From: Eledone cirrhosa
Lineage: Eukaryota
DNA: 64,000 bases
Assembly (NCBI GenBank): GCA_964016885.1
Contig: OZ024740.1
Coordinates: 182,280,001-182,344,000 of the forward strand
Reading direction: 5' to 3'
Of this stretch, positions 13,524 to 26,849 are shown piece after piece (position 1 is the first letter of the stretch; each line of letters opens with the position of its first letter). Both the position numbers and the translations under genes were made by a program. Below the pieces are notes generated by a model. It searched no databases. It was not told where the DNA came from and worked only from the letters and a program-made list of their open reading frames with translations.

Positions 13524-13895
13524 AACAGGATCATCAGATATGTTCACCTCTCTGCACCACCACCCAACTCTCTATATATCTCAAAAGATTAGCTGACAAA
13601 CATTTCCATGATAAATTTATATTCATAAAACGAATGGTATGATATTTTCTTTTTATGCTTCCATTACATTTAAGAAAAGGGTTCGGTTCTTTGTTTCATT
13701 TTTTTATGGACTGCATGATATATGCATACAGACACACTCACACACACATAAATATACACCAATATTTATATTTATCTATCTATCTTCTCCCCCCCCCCCT
13801 CTCCCTGTGTATATATATATATATATAAAGTAGTGTGCCAAGCAGCTGAATTGTATGATAAAGTTACATATCCACTCTGTATATATACAGATATA

Positions 13896-14584
<689 letters not shown>

Positions 14585-15191
14585 CAAAATATTAATAAAT
14601 GGATACATTCACATAATCAAAATATGTTTTATTATATATATTTTGGAGGTACTGTGCTGTTTTTCCAGTACGTCCTCATCAGATAAAATACATAAATTGA
14701 TGCATGACTTACCTCAACTGTGCTGATCGTTCAATTTCAGTATGTATACGTATATGGGGGCTGTATACTATATTGCCAAGTTTCCATTATAAACAGTACT
14801 TTATCTAGAATGTTCCCAAATGTATGTAAAAATAGAAATTAAATACATTTACAGCAGTCTGAAAAAAGAAATATTTTGTTTTTATTGGTTGCCTTTGTGT
14901 TCTGTAAAATAGCTGTTTGTCAAAATCAGATTGATAAAATAAGTACTGTCCTGAAATAAGTACTGGGATCAGTATGATGGACTTATGCTAGGTTATTATT
15001 TATTAACCATACGGTACCATCTTAAAAAAAAAAGAAATGGCTTATAACAAATAAAGTATATCTAGATGACAAAACGATGCAAATGAGAAAATCAATAGTA
15101 GCTGGTTCTGATCCCAAAATATAATACGAGGTACCTAAATAAAGCAAGTCACTTTAACCACTACTCTATACTTTCTGTACCTCAACTACCT

Positions 15192-15635
15192 TTAACCCTT
15201 TCATTGCCATATTTCTACTGAAAAACCCTGCCTATGAATTTCGAATTATTTTGATAATAATCAACGATTTAGAAGGATTTAATAATATAACTGAAGCTGG
15301 TATTTGGAGCATAATTTAACAAATATCCTCACATAAAATTATAATTGTTTCTAATTTTTGCACAAGGCCAGCAATTATCCAGTGTATTACTGGTACTTTA
15401 TTTTATCGACCCCGTAAGGATGAAAGGCAAAGTTAACCTCGGCGGGATTTGAACTCAGAATGGCAAGGGCCGTAACTCTATGCATCAAAGCATGGCATCC
15501 AACCCTCTACCAATCCACCACCCTCACATAAAATTATAATGAAAGGCATTTAAATAAATATAACACTTTGAAACAAACAGTTTTATATTGTAGAACGATG
15601 ATCGGCTTCAGGTATTTTGGCAGCAAATGGTTTTA
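15192..15635. mobile_element. Old TTAA-type (piggyBac-like) non-autonomous element interrupted by a SINE
   Basis: Left end TTAACCCTTTCATTGCC; degenerate right end GGCAGCAAATGGTTTTAA. Confidence 0.4.
15343..15523 (-). mobile_element. OK-like SINE
   Basis: Consensus match; TSD CCTCACATAAAATTATAAT. Confidence 0.9.
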
Positions 15636-18600
15636 AAAAATAGGAAAGAAATATAGAAAATATTGGAAACATCAATTTGCTTTTAAATATATTATGCTCT
15701 TTATCAGGTATTGAAAAACATTTTAATATCATTGACAAACTGTAAAATCCCGTGGGGTTGTATTTGTGTTTAAAAAAAAAAAAAAAGGAATCTTCAGTTT
15801 CATAAATTCATAGATGTGCGACTTTGAAATCATTGTTTTGCTCATTCAGTTAAAATATGTTTGTTTGTTTTATCATATGGGTGTTTAAAGACTCCAGCTG
15901 GGAGTGGTTTCAAAATTGAATTTATATCATTATTTCTTAACCTTTTTTATACAAAAATACTGGAAACTACTCTGGTTCTCTGATACAAAGCTGTTAATTT
16001 TAAAGTGTTATTATTTATCTAAACACCTATTCTAATTTTTTGTAAAAACCAGAGAAAGTTATTTATCTTAGAGACAATTAGATAAGGTGCCAGTGTTGGC
16101 TGGAATTATTAGAGATTTGGACAAAATTCCTTGCAATGACTATTCCAGCTCTTTGTGTTTTGGATTCAAATTTGACCTTCGGTCACTATATAATTTGGTT
16201 TTTATTTCTAGCATACAGAAACTCCTTCTTTGGCTTTTGTATTTTTGGTATCTATTTTGCTTGTGTTGAACAACTAAAATTTCATAATATCATTCACAAT
16301 ATAAGATTTTGATCAAAATCTAAATTTAGATAGGAGCACTACTATTGTTTTTTAAGGCAGGTTAGTATTAAAAATAAAATATCATTCCCATTCAACCTTT
16401 CTTTAATGCCTAGTATTTATGCAAACTTTTGTAATTAAGTTCTATTTTTGTAAGCAAAGATGTTTTTCTTTTACTTGAATTTCTATGTACTAATCTCTCA
16501 TATTACTCTCTTCCCAATGTTTCCTTTCAACCATTAACTCAGGATACTTCCACCATCCACCTCAACAATGTTTACCATCCATTTACAAACTAATAAATTT
16601 TCGGCATTCACCTCTGCACTACTTTTGGGGAGAATTCCTGTTAGCTTCTCAGCTCACCTGGTTATTCACCTACCTTACTTGTAATTTAACATTCAGCATG
16701 AAATATTCATACAACGTGATTGCTCAAATCACTGTGAATCCTATTTATTTGCTGCAAAATATAAAGACATTGTAATAATATAGTAGATTTTTGGATTTGT
16801 AACCTACAACTTGGTAAGTTAAATTCATTTCATTTAATAATATAGATACTAAACTTCCAATTAACAAATAAAAACATTATATACCGTCTAATATGCCTAG
16901 ATTTACAACTACACATGGCCATTGAAAGACACACAATTTCAGCTAGTGTTGTCTTAATATTATTCAAAGAAGCAAAAACTAGTTACTTTGTAATGTTCTA
17001 TTATATCAAGTTACAAATAAGCTAATGATGAACAGCCTTGCATAAATCTTTTTTCTGTCTTTCATTCTCTCTTCTTTATATCTCCACAAACAATGTTGCT
17101 TTCATCTATATCATCATATATATGAAGATTCTTGATCTTTTCTTTATCTCTAGCCTATTCAATTAGCAGCAGTAACAACAACAGAGGAAGAATTAGCAGT
17201 AGTACTAGTTAAACAATTGCCAAATCATTCTTACTCAGTAAATTTTTCTAGTATCACTGGTGTCCTGGCATAGACCCAACAAATTAACCAACTGTACATC
17301 ATAGAGAACACTCCTTATAATATTGGAGATTTGGTGATTTTTAATACTTTTCCATTCCTTTTTAACTTTTTTTTACAATACTAATGGAATTGTAACCTCT
17401 AGATGAGATGATAATTCAAGAAATATATGAAAAGCGTCATAGGAAATAGAATAATGAAAGTGTATCTCCATCATTTAATTTATTATTATTATAGTTGTTG
17501 TTGTTGTTGTTGTTTTTGTTGTTATCATTATTGTTGTTGTTGTTGCTGTTTTAATTCTTTCTTTTATGGGTTTATGCAATCACTTGCTGAGCTATTATTT
17601 GTGGACTGAGGCAAAAGACGATATGTGAGAGAGTAGTTGCTTTCAGCTACATGCGTAAGAGGTGCCATTATAGCACATTATTTATTGGAAGAAATGTATG
17701 TTACAGATTGCACACAGTGTTGAGGCAGGTGCTATGACTCATTGCTTGCTATTCTCTGAGTCTGAGGATCATTTGTGATGGCTATTTATAACATTTTATG
17801 AGTCTTTTAACCATCATTTACCATGCAAGCACATGTAGTATTAGGCACAAAATGTAAACTTACTGCACAAATTTAGATTTTAAAAATCCTTTCAAAATTA
17901 TGCCTGTAGTGTTGAATATATAGGAAGTATATAAAGTATAATTTAAATTAGGTAGAGAAGGCTTATGTGTAAGTTATGTCATATTAATTTACAGGTTCTC
18001 TGTAATTTAGATTGTTCAACTCTTGCTAACAAGGAAAATGGACATTAAATGATGATGATCGAGATGATGCTTTGTAGTATGTGGGCAGTGCTAGTTCATA
18101 CTGTCTTTTTAATTTCCTGAAGGGATGTTTCACCTGGGATATTGCCAATATGTTTCTTACATACTTTTCTAATCATATCTAAGGCTACTGTGATAAATGT
18201 AGTTGATTTTCTTTAAAGTGCCACATCTTTCAATCTCTATCTCTAGATCCTTAAATTTGCTTAGTTTTTAAGATGTGTTCACTGATATGCTTTTTGTTAA
18301 TAAAATACTCATATCAATTAATTTGCTTGGTCTATATTTCTTGTCCTGGATATTGATATCTAGTCTGCAGTATTGAGAAATCCCAAAGTGTGTTACATTA
18401 TCTCCTTATCTCCTTCCTTTACTAATTCAGAGTGATGTTCATACCAATTGATAGCTGTTTTATCATGAAATGGTAACATAGCTTCCAATGGAGGTATTGG
18501 TCTTCTCTCTCATGGCAGTTTTTTGGCCCATTTTGTAGACATGGGTTTTGGTTTTGTGCTATCAGTATAAATCTGTCTGTTTCTCCTCTTAGTCTTGAAC

Positions 18601-19046
18601 TAATGTTGTTTTCTGATCTACATCACAGTACATTCAGATGCTTTTCTCCCTCATCGGTCTTCTTATTGTTCTTGGTTTTGTATTTTGACTAGGTTCTTTC
18701 TATTTTTAGCATGTATAATGGTATATATTCCTGTGGATCACTTATTCCAAGGGTTATATTGAGTTGATTTGAATATTGTCTACATTCTTTTGAAATTGTT
18801 TAACATCCATTTTCCATTTTTTCTCGAGGTCGATGAGCTGACATGTTACAAGGCTAACCAGATCTGGTGAATACACCTTCCTTAAATGATTTGGTTTGGG
18901 TTTGAATTTCTATGACTTAATACCGTTTTCTAATGCCAACCACATTACATCATATACTGGGTGATTTTGTGGCACCACCAAAACCACTTCCCAGGGTTGA
19001 CTGGCACCAGTATAACCACCTTAAGGTTGTTATTGTTATTGTTATT

Positions 19047-19302
19047 ATGGACATGTAAACTGTAGTGGTGGGTGGATACATCGAAGTAACAGAATTGTGG
19101 TCCCTATAGACAGGGAAGGGGGCAACCACGTAAGACCTGGGAAGAGGTTATCAGAGATGATCTGAAAGCCTAAAACCTGGACCTTAATCTATACCAGGAA
19201 CAAACACTTTGGAGAGATGCTAAGAAAGCAGCTAGCAAAACGTTCAATGCTTGTGACAAAGAAGATGTTAAACCAGACAATGATGATGATGATAATGATG
19301 AT
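19047..19302 (+). mobile_element. RTE LINE 3' end fragment
   Basis: YGHV...GRGQPRKTWEEVIRDDLKA and a (GAT)n tail. Confidence 0.7.
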
Positions 19303-19479
19303 TTCTTTGAAAGGTACATGTAATTTTTACTGCATCACCAGCTGCACCCCATCTTCCTGAGGTGTGTCAGCATTGTGTGTGGAGGGAGAGGCATTATAGA
19401 CTCTGCCTGTTAATGTATTGCATCCATCTTTTAGCTTGACGTTTCTGGTGTTTCTTCAGGCCATTGATTCTAGGGTAAG

Positions 19480-19740
19480 CACCAAGCTGATGTTCCTTGA
19501 GGCTCATCAGGCCGATGCTTACTCTAGTTTCTATGGCATGAAGTGACAAGATCTTTCCCTTGACAAGACACCAGTCCATCGTAGGGTTAAACCTCTAACT
19601 CATTTTCAGCTGAGTATACTGGAACAATATGAAATGAAGTGTTTTGCTCAAGAACACCAGGCACAACACAATCCACGAATGAAACCCACAACATCATGAT
19701 CATAAGGCCCAACAAACTTACCACTAGGTTACATGCTTCT
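19480..19740 (-). mobile_element. tRNA-headed SINE, second family
   Basis: Homologous to 62716-62965 (CCAGTCCAT, CAGCTGAGTATACTGG, AAGTGTTTTGCTCAAGAACAC). Confidence 0.75.
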
Positions 19741-20203
19741 AAATGTGTAGAGTATGTAATATGTTGAGTTGTGTATTATTTGGTGGCATATATGTTTTGT
19801 ATGTGCTGTGTATATTTCTCATTATTAGGTATTTAGTGTGTGGTTTATTATTATTACTAGCAGAAAAACCACCCTTCAAGTGGTTTTCTGCTAGCATGTT
19901 TAGTGTGCATATTGATATTATAAGCAAATATATATGCATGTAGATATGATACGTCAAATGAATTCGTAATTGACAATATGCACAGAAATTAAACGAAGTC
20001 TGTGTTACACTCTCTTCTGTAATCAGTAAAGTAAACCATGAGACATTAAAAAAAGACGATATTATATATATAGGCTGTATATATAATAAACTAAAATGTT
20101 ATGAAAACAGAAAAAGAGAAAATTAACGACGGAAACATAAACCTTATATAACGATATAAATATATGAACGTTTATATAAGCGATGTAATAAGTGTTATAA
20201 TAT

Positions 20204-20392
20204 AATTGTTTCTACTTTTGGCATAAGGCCAGCAATTACCAAGTGCATTACTGGTACTTTATTTTATTGACCCCGTAAGGATGAAAGGCAAAGTTAACCT
20301 TGGCAAGATTCGAACTCAGAATGGCAAGGGCTGTAACTCTATGCATCAAAGCATGGTGTCTGACCCTCTACCAATACTGCCAATCCACCACC
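20204..20392 (-). mobile_element. OK-like SINE
   Basis: Consensus match. Confidence 0.9.
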
Positions 20393-20517
20393 TGAATGTT
20401 AACCGGAAGCGTTGACATTTGAAAATTTTAAAGAAGTGAATCTTAAAATAAGCAATACATTATATATAAGAGCTACAAAATTTAGTTGATATACTACATA
20501 ATATTCATTCATTATTT

Positions 20518-20698
20518 TGGCAGTATCGGTAGAGGGTCGGACGCCATGCTTTGATGCATAGAGTTACGGCCCTTGCCATTCTGAGTTCAAATCCCGCCAA
20601 GGTTAACTTTGTCTTTCATCCTTATGGGGTCGATAAAATAAAGTACCAGTAATACACTGGGAATTTGCTGGCCTTGTGCCAAAAGTAGAAACAATTAT
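20518..20698 (+). mobile_element. OK-like SINE
   Basis: Consensus match with A-box-like TGGCAGTATCGG and B-box GTTCAAATCC. Confidence 0.9.
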
Positions 20699-21016
20699 TT
20701 ATTCAAAGTAATCCAACTTCTTTTACTAACGCGATAAGAATTATAAAATGGACACTGTCCCACACTCCTCCCTTTATTATATTATAGATTAGACAGGAAT
20801 CTTCCTCTGTAACCAATCTGCCATCAAGTATATTTTATGAAACATGAGTGAGAGTGCCAAGATTGACAAGGCTAAGGAGGGGAAAAGAAACCTGGAGAGG
20901 GTATTTTTAATGCCCATGAAGTGACAGAGTAATCTTGGGTTTTGTCTGTCTTTCTCCCTGCAATTACTCCAAAGTGCAGTCCACCCTCTATTGGCAAATG
21001 GGTCCTAATTAACTGC

Positions 21017-21128
21017 TGAGGTTAGCTTTGCCTTTCATCCTTACAAGGTCGATAAAATAAAGTGTGTTGATTTAATTTACAATCCTTCCCCAAATTTGTT
21101 GGCCTTGTGCCTAAATCAGAAACCATTA
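21017..21128 (+). mobile_element. 5'-truncated OK-like SINE
   Basis: Partial consensus match. Confidence 0.7.
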
Positions 21129-22986
21129 CTTTTATCATTAATATTTTTAAAATGTTATTATTGTTATATCTATTGTTTTTACTTTGTTTTTTTTCTTTAT
21201 TTGATGTAAACTACACTGTGTTGTTTTTGTCTTTGTATTATCCTCACAGTCTTGGGCCAAGTGGCTAATAAAAGAAATCATCATCACCATTATTATTGTT
21301 GTGTTGTTGTTGATCTTGTTGTTATTGTTATTATTCTTCAGCTTTTGTTTTACTTGTACCACTGCTCTCAAATGTGTATAAGTTTCCATAAAGCTGTGTT
21401 TGCCATTTAGTTCAATTCTAAATTGAGTTATTTCCCTTAATTTATTAAGCATTTTCATTATTTTTACATACAGTTTAGCATGATGGTATGCGTTGGATGG
21501 TTTGTCATGGTTTAAGTCAATTATTACTTGGGGTCACAGTGTCACCCAACTCACTAATTAGATTGGAGACAATGCCTTGCTTATACAATGAATTTCTTGA
21601 GTATATTGGATGCATTTCACCATGACACCAGAACTAGAGTCATTGTCTTATCCCTGGCAAGACTGAAACGAATTTCTGCTTCTCTGCATTATCTCTATTG
21701 ATCTATTCCTTCTTTTACTGCACAACTTTGGGGGAAATGAGCTGGAGTGAGATGGTAAATGTTAGAGGATGATAGAAGTCAGAGACTGTAATATGTAGTG
21801 ACATGGTAAAAGCTAGAAAGAAGATTGAATGGAAAATAAACAAGACGGTAAAAAAAGTGGGAATACTAGGAAAAGAACTACAGGCTTATCCCCAGGTCTT
21901 GGTAATTGAGGGGCTTCAAAACCTTCGGGGGGGGGGGGGCACTTTAATTCACTAGGAAAGCATTTGATTTGTTTCTTTTGTAAGATTTTTGTTTGTTTAT
22001 TTTCTAAATTTACTTTAATTCTCTGTTCTTGTCTTGAGAAGAATAGTTAGTAAAGTTAAGACTTCAAGTAATGTATTTCAGGACATATTTATAAACTCTG
22101 TTAGTCTGAGGGTGTACCATTGGAATGTTGGTGGGGGTGGGGCTGTGCATCTAGTTCCCCCCACATCCCTTTTGTGACATGGCCCGAGAAGTAGAGGGAT
22201 ATGAATGAAAGTGTGATGGATGAGAGAGTAAGAAAAGAGAGGAAAATAGTGATGGAGAGTAATAAAGAGAGGAGATAAGTAAAAGACAGTAACAAATATA
22301 GTTGTTGGCATGGAAACTTAATATAAATATAAGGAGTGAAAGAAATCAAAATATATATATTGCATATCATCGTATTCATCATCACCACAATCATCATATT
22401 TTAACTTCTTTTATTCATGCATGTGTTGGGCTGGTCTTCTACAGCACTACTGTTTTCCATCTGAAGCATTAATATGTCATCTTTTTCATGATTTCAGCCA
22501 CTTCATATCAGTCTTCACATGTTTTCCTCATTCTCCTTCATCTACAGGTTATGTCTACCTCAAGTATTCAACACATATTTATACAACTGACATCATCATC
22601 ATCATCATCATCATCATCGTTTAACGTCCATGTTCCACGCTTGCATGGATTTGGACGGGAGTTTTCCCACTTGAGGCAAGAGTGGTTGTCTTGCTCGCAT
22701 AGGATTGTCTGGCGGGTTTTCTACAGCTGGATGCCCTTCCTAAGACCAACCACATTTACAGTGTGGGGCTGGGAGGTTTTTACCGTGTTGCCTACACGGC
22801 CACATTACAGCGTGGACTGTGTGTTTTTTGTCGTGACACCTACACGATCTCATTTGTTTCGGCCTGGATGTTGTGGCACCAACATAACTTTACATTGAAA
22901 GGGGCGGTGTGGATGAGGTGGGGGTGGTGGGATGGGGTGTATTTTGTTAGAGATGCCTACTAACTGTAGTAGGTTTTAGTTTGTAT

Positions 22987-25644
22987 TTAGGTAAGGCGGG
23001 TCTTCTCTATTACTGAGTACCGCCAAAGGTCTCGGTCCAGTGACATTGTCTTGGAGAGGTGTAAGTGTGTGAGGTCGGAATTTATCAGCTCGTCCCAGGT
23101 TTTTCTGGGTCTGCCTACTCCGTGGCTACCGTCTATCCTTATTGCCCTGCACTTTGTTATACAGCTGTCGTCTTTCATGCGCATCACGTGACCATACCAA
23201 CGTAGCCTTCTCTCGAGTAAACAACATCTGATCCCTCTTATTTTTAATTTTTTCCTTAGTTCGTTTATGCTTTGCCGTTCACGTATATTATTATTACACA
23301 TCCAGTGGAGCATGCAAGCTTCGTTCCTCTCTAGTCTGCGTATATCCTCTGCACACAATGCCCAGGTCTCACTGCCATGCAACATTGCTGTTCGTATGCA
23401 GGCATCATACAACCTGCCTTTCATTTTTAGGGAGAAACCTTTAGCGGCTAATAGTGGTATAAGCTCTCTGAACTTTTTCCATCCAGTTCTGACTCTAGCT
23501 ACTGTACTTTCAGAGCTCCCTCCCCCACTGCTGATTTTGTCACCCAGGTAACGGAAGCTGTCCACTATTTCTATAGAACCCTCTGCGCAATTGAAAGAGC
23601 TAGTATTTTTGGGGCACTTGCTGCTACTTATTGCACCAGAGCACCGGTCACATGTAAAATCTATGTTCTTAGTTAGCTTACCTGTGATCCCACTACATCT
23701 TTTATGTACCCATACTTTGCATTTGGGACATAAAATGGAGTTTCTACCTACGCCTTTCCTACACACTAAGCATGGCCACTTCCCGGAAGGGACCGGCGCC
23801 TTATTTTCTTTCCTACAAACTAGAACTTTAGTCTTAGTCAGGTTAATTTTAAGGCCTTTTGATTCTAGGCCGTGCTTCCATGTTTGGAATTTCTTCTCTA
23901 GCTCGGCTATTGATTCAGCTATGAGCGTTAGATCATCTGCGTATAGGAGTTCCCATGGGCAGCCGGTCTTGAACTCCACTGTTATAGTCTGAAGGGCAAT
24001 AATAAATAGTAGGGGGCTAAGAACAGAGCCCTGATGAACACCAACTTTTACACTAAACTCTTCACTATATTCGTTGTTAATTCTAACCTTGCTGACTGTT
24101 TCTTTATACATGGCTTGTATAGCTCTCACAAGCCATTCGTCAACACCTAGTTTTCTAAGAGCCCACCAGATAATGGAACGGGGGACTCTGCCGAAGGCTT
24201 TCTCCAAGTCAACAAAAGCTAAGTATAGGGGTTTACTTTTAGCTAGGTACTTCTCCTGTAGTTGTCGTACAATGAAAAGAGCGTCTGTGGTACTTTTGCC
24301 TGACACAAACCCGAACTGCATTTCATCTAGATCAATTCTCTCTCTGATTAGTTGCGCTATTACTTTTTCCGTGACCTTCATGACCTGGTCGATTAATTTA
24401 ATGCCTCTATAGTTACTCCTATCTAGGGCATCTCCTTTACCCTTGTAACAGTTAATGATGATGCTGCTACGCCAGTCTTTCGGAACAACCCCATTCTGTA
24501 TGACTTGGTTTACTATCCGGGTGACCATGGTGTGTCCCACCGTTCCAGAGGCTTTCAGCATCTCAGCAACTATTTCCAAAGGCCCAGCTGCCTTACCCGT
24601 CTTCATATCTTTGATTGCCTTACTTATACTACCTTCGACTAACACTGCCGGTCCCTCTATTGAGTCGATGTGGGGGAGACTGTCTTTCTCCCATTTATTC
24701 TCCTCATTTAGAAGCCTTTCGTAGTGACACTTCCAAGCTACCTTCTTATCAGCGTCAGTGATGGCAAGTACGCCATCATCATTAAGTACACACTTCTCCC
24801 CGACAATATCACGGTTTTCCCTGACACATTGCCTAGCAATCCTGAACACATCACATTTTTGGTCGTCACGTTGTAGAACATGCTTGAACTTTCTTTCCTC
24901 TGCTTCCCTTCTTGCGAAGTACACTTGTCTCCTAGCTTCCCTCCTGGCCACTTGATAGTCTTCTCTACTTCCCCCATCCCGCCATACTTTCCAAGCCTGC
25001 TTTTTGGCCTTAATTGACCCCTCCACCTTACTGTTCAACCACCATGTTACTCTCCTCCTACCTACAGGCCTGCTCCAGCCACAGACTTCGTCTGCCGCCG
25101 TCAGCAGGTTTGCTTTCAGGAATTCCCACTGTTCCTCTATATTATACGACTCTAATTGCTCTTCCTTACTGTCGAAAGCATCAAGTAACATGCTTTGAAA
25201 TTTATTTCTGGCTGTGGGGTCCTTCTTCCATATTTTTCTCCTGAGGATAGTCCTTTTCTGTTGTCTAGTACGTCTCGTCCTGACTATGAGGTCGCTAATA
25301 AGCAATCTATGTTGGGAGGTGCATTCTTCATAGGGGAGGGATTTAGTGTTTACAACAGACACTCTGTCACGTCTTCTGGTAAGGATATAATCTACCTGGC
25401 TTGTGTGTTCCCCCGATCTATAGGTGATCAAGTGATTGTCTCGTTTTTTGAAGTTAGTGTTACAGATAGTTAGGTTATTTGTGTCACAGAATTCCAGGAT
25501 TCTGGAGCCTTCCTCATTTCTAGTACCGAATCCATAGCCTCCATGGATTCCGTCATAGCCGTCACAATGTTGTCCAACGTGACCATTTAGGTCGCCTGCA
25601 ATAATTATATAGTCACTGTCGGTTATTTGGGAGGTAACGAGCAT
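22987..25644 (-). CDS. RTE polyprotein: APE C-terminal half, reverse transcriptase and Cys/His finger (885 aa open)
   Basis: GDLNGH, QVDYIL, SQHR (APE); NYRGIKL, QFGF, FVDLEKAF, GVHQGSVLSP, LYADD (RT); CxxC..CxxC..H..C..CxxC; RWYGHVMR. Confidence 0.9.
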   Translation of the reverse strand: MLVTSQITDSDYIIIAGDLNGHVGQHCDGYDGIHGGYGFGTRNEEGSRILEFCDTNNLTICNTNFKKRDNHLITYRSGEHTSQVDYILTRRRDRVSVVNTKSLPYEECTSQHRLLISDLIVRTRRTRQQKRTILRRKIWKKDPTARNKFQSMLLDAFDSKEEQLESYNIEEQWEFLKANLLTAADEVCGWSRPVGRRRVTWWLNSKVEGSIKAKKQAWKVWRDGGSREDYQVARREARRQVYFARREAEERKFKHVLQRDDQKCDVFRIARQCVRENRDIVGEKCVLNDDGVLAITDADKKVAWKCHYERLLNEENKWEKDSLPHIDSIEGPAVLVEGSISKAIKDMKTGKAAGPLEIVAEMLKASGTVGHTMVTRIVNQVIQNGVVPKDWRSSIIINCYKGKGDALDRSNYRGIKLIDQVMKVTEKVIAQLIRERIDLDEMQFGFVSGKSTTDALFIVRQLQEKYLAKSKPLYLAFVDLEKAFGRVPRSIIWWALRKLGVDEWLVRAIQAMYKETVSKVRINNEYSEEFSVKVGVHQGSVLSPLLFIIALQTITVEFKTGCPWELLYADDLTLIAESIAELEKKFQTWKHGLESKGLKINLTKTKVLVCRKENKAPVPSGKWPCLVCRKGVGRNSILCPKCKVWVHKRCSGITGKLTKNIDFTCDRCSGAISSSKCPKNTSSFNCAEGSIEIVDSFRYLGDKISSGGGSSESTVARVRTGWKKFRELIPLLAAKGFSLKMKGRLYDACIRTAMLHGSETWALCAEDIRRLERNEACMLHWMCNNNIRERQSINELRKKLKIRGIRCCLLERRLRWYGHVMRMKDDSCITKCRAIRIDGSHGVGRPRKTWDELINSDLTHLHLSKTMSLDRDLWRYSVIEKTRLT

Positions 25645-25667
25645 CAGTGTCTCATAGAATCTGTCTT

Positions 25668-26078
25668 TTATAGTGCGGATTGGGGTGCGTACGCAGATAT
25701 TACTGTCACCGTAGTTCTATTGAGGACAAGTCTTATTTTAATTATTCTGTCGTTCACTCTATTTACGTCTATTATCTTATCTGCCCACTTTTCTGCTACC
25801 ATGATTCCTACTCCACCCAGCCCATTGTCATTTCCCACCCAGAAAAGCTTATAGCATCGTTCTTTACCCACGATGAATCTAGCAGACCCTCCCCTCCACC
25901 TGGTCTCTTGAATACAACAAACATCGAGCTCCTTACGTTCAAGCATTTCTACAACCTCGTTAGAGCGACCCTTTAAGGTGCCTACATTCAAGGTACCAAC
26001 TCTGAAGTTTGGGATTGCGTTTGGAGGGTGGGGCGCGGGGGGGGGGCTGGATAGGGTTATGTTAGCCATCCGCGGCCG
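25668..26078 (-). pseudogene. APE endonuclease N-terminal half of the same RTE ORF, separated by one frameshift
   Basis: GTLNVGTL, DVCCIQETRW, GGVGI, ISAYAPQ. Confidence 0.85.
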
Positions 26079-26849
26079 AAACAAGGAGGAGGAGTGCTTG
26101 TATTCTCGTCCACGAGGTGAATTTGTCTTTATCTTTGGCATTGTCGCTGAGCGTCCAGATTTTTCTCTCTTCAACTCTCCAGAATTCCGTAGTCCATCCA
26201 TCATATCGAATCGAAAGGCAACCAGGTAAGCGATAGTATAGGCCTCTGACTTATGATTGGTCCACGTAATAATGGTGGTGTGTGGGGGCCGGAGGGAGGG
26301 ATGTTGGGTAGTTAGCGAGAAGGTAAGGTTATAAATAAGATCCCCGTATTTTGGGCATAATTTAACAAGCATAAACAAAAATACAAGATTTGTTCTGGAA
26401 AATACGACTGTATCGAGTAGAAAGACAAAGATTGGAAAAAATGATAGAGAATGGCGAATGAATGGACTAATGAATTAAAATGGAGGGGAGAATGGAGAGA
26501 AAATATTTGTACATTACATTATACCAAGGAAACAGCCATACCAGAACAGGGATTTGGCGATTCTGATTTTTTTTTCGTATTTGGTAGGGTTTATCTTATA
26601 TGTATAGAGAGGGGGGGGGGGGGCGAACCAGCATGATGTATGGGGGGGGGGGAGATAGGACGGAGCAGAGGTTAAGAGTTTAAATAAAGCACTCAAAATT
26701 TGGCGTAAAATTTAGCCAGCATAACAAAATATATTTAAAAGAATATATAAGAAGGATTCGTTTTGTTTTGAAAATACGACAGAATTAAGGTTGGCTAGTT
26801 AGCGAGAAGGTAAGGTTATAAATAAGATCCCCGTATTTTGGGCATAACA

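Larger units (their letters stand above)
22590..26848 (-). mobile_element. Near-intact full-length RTE-clade LINE (family A)
   Basis: APE plus RT ORF, a 3' UTR of about 400 bp and a (GAT)n tail; inserted into an older RTE relic. Confidence 0.93.

Noticed and set aside
23267-25976. Many plus-strand ORFs
   Set aside because: Antisense shadows of the RTE ORF
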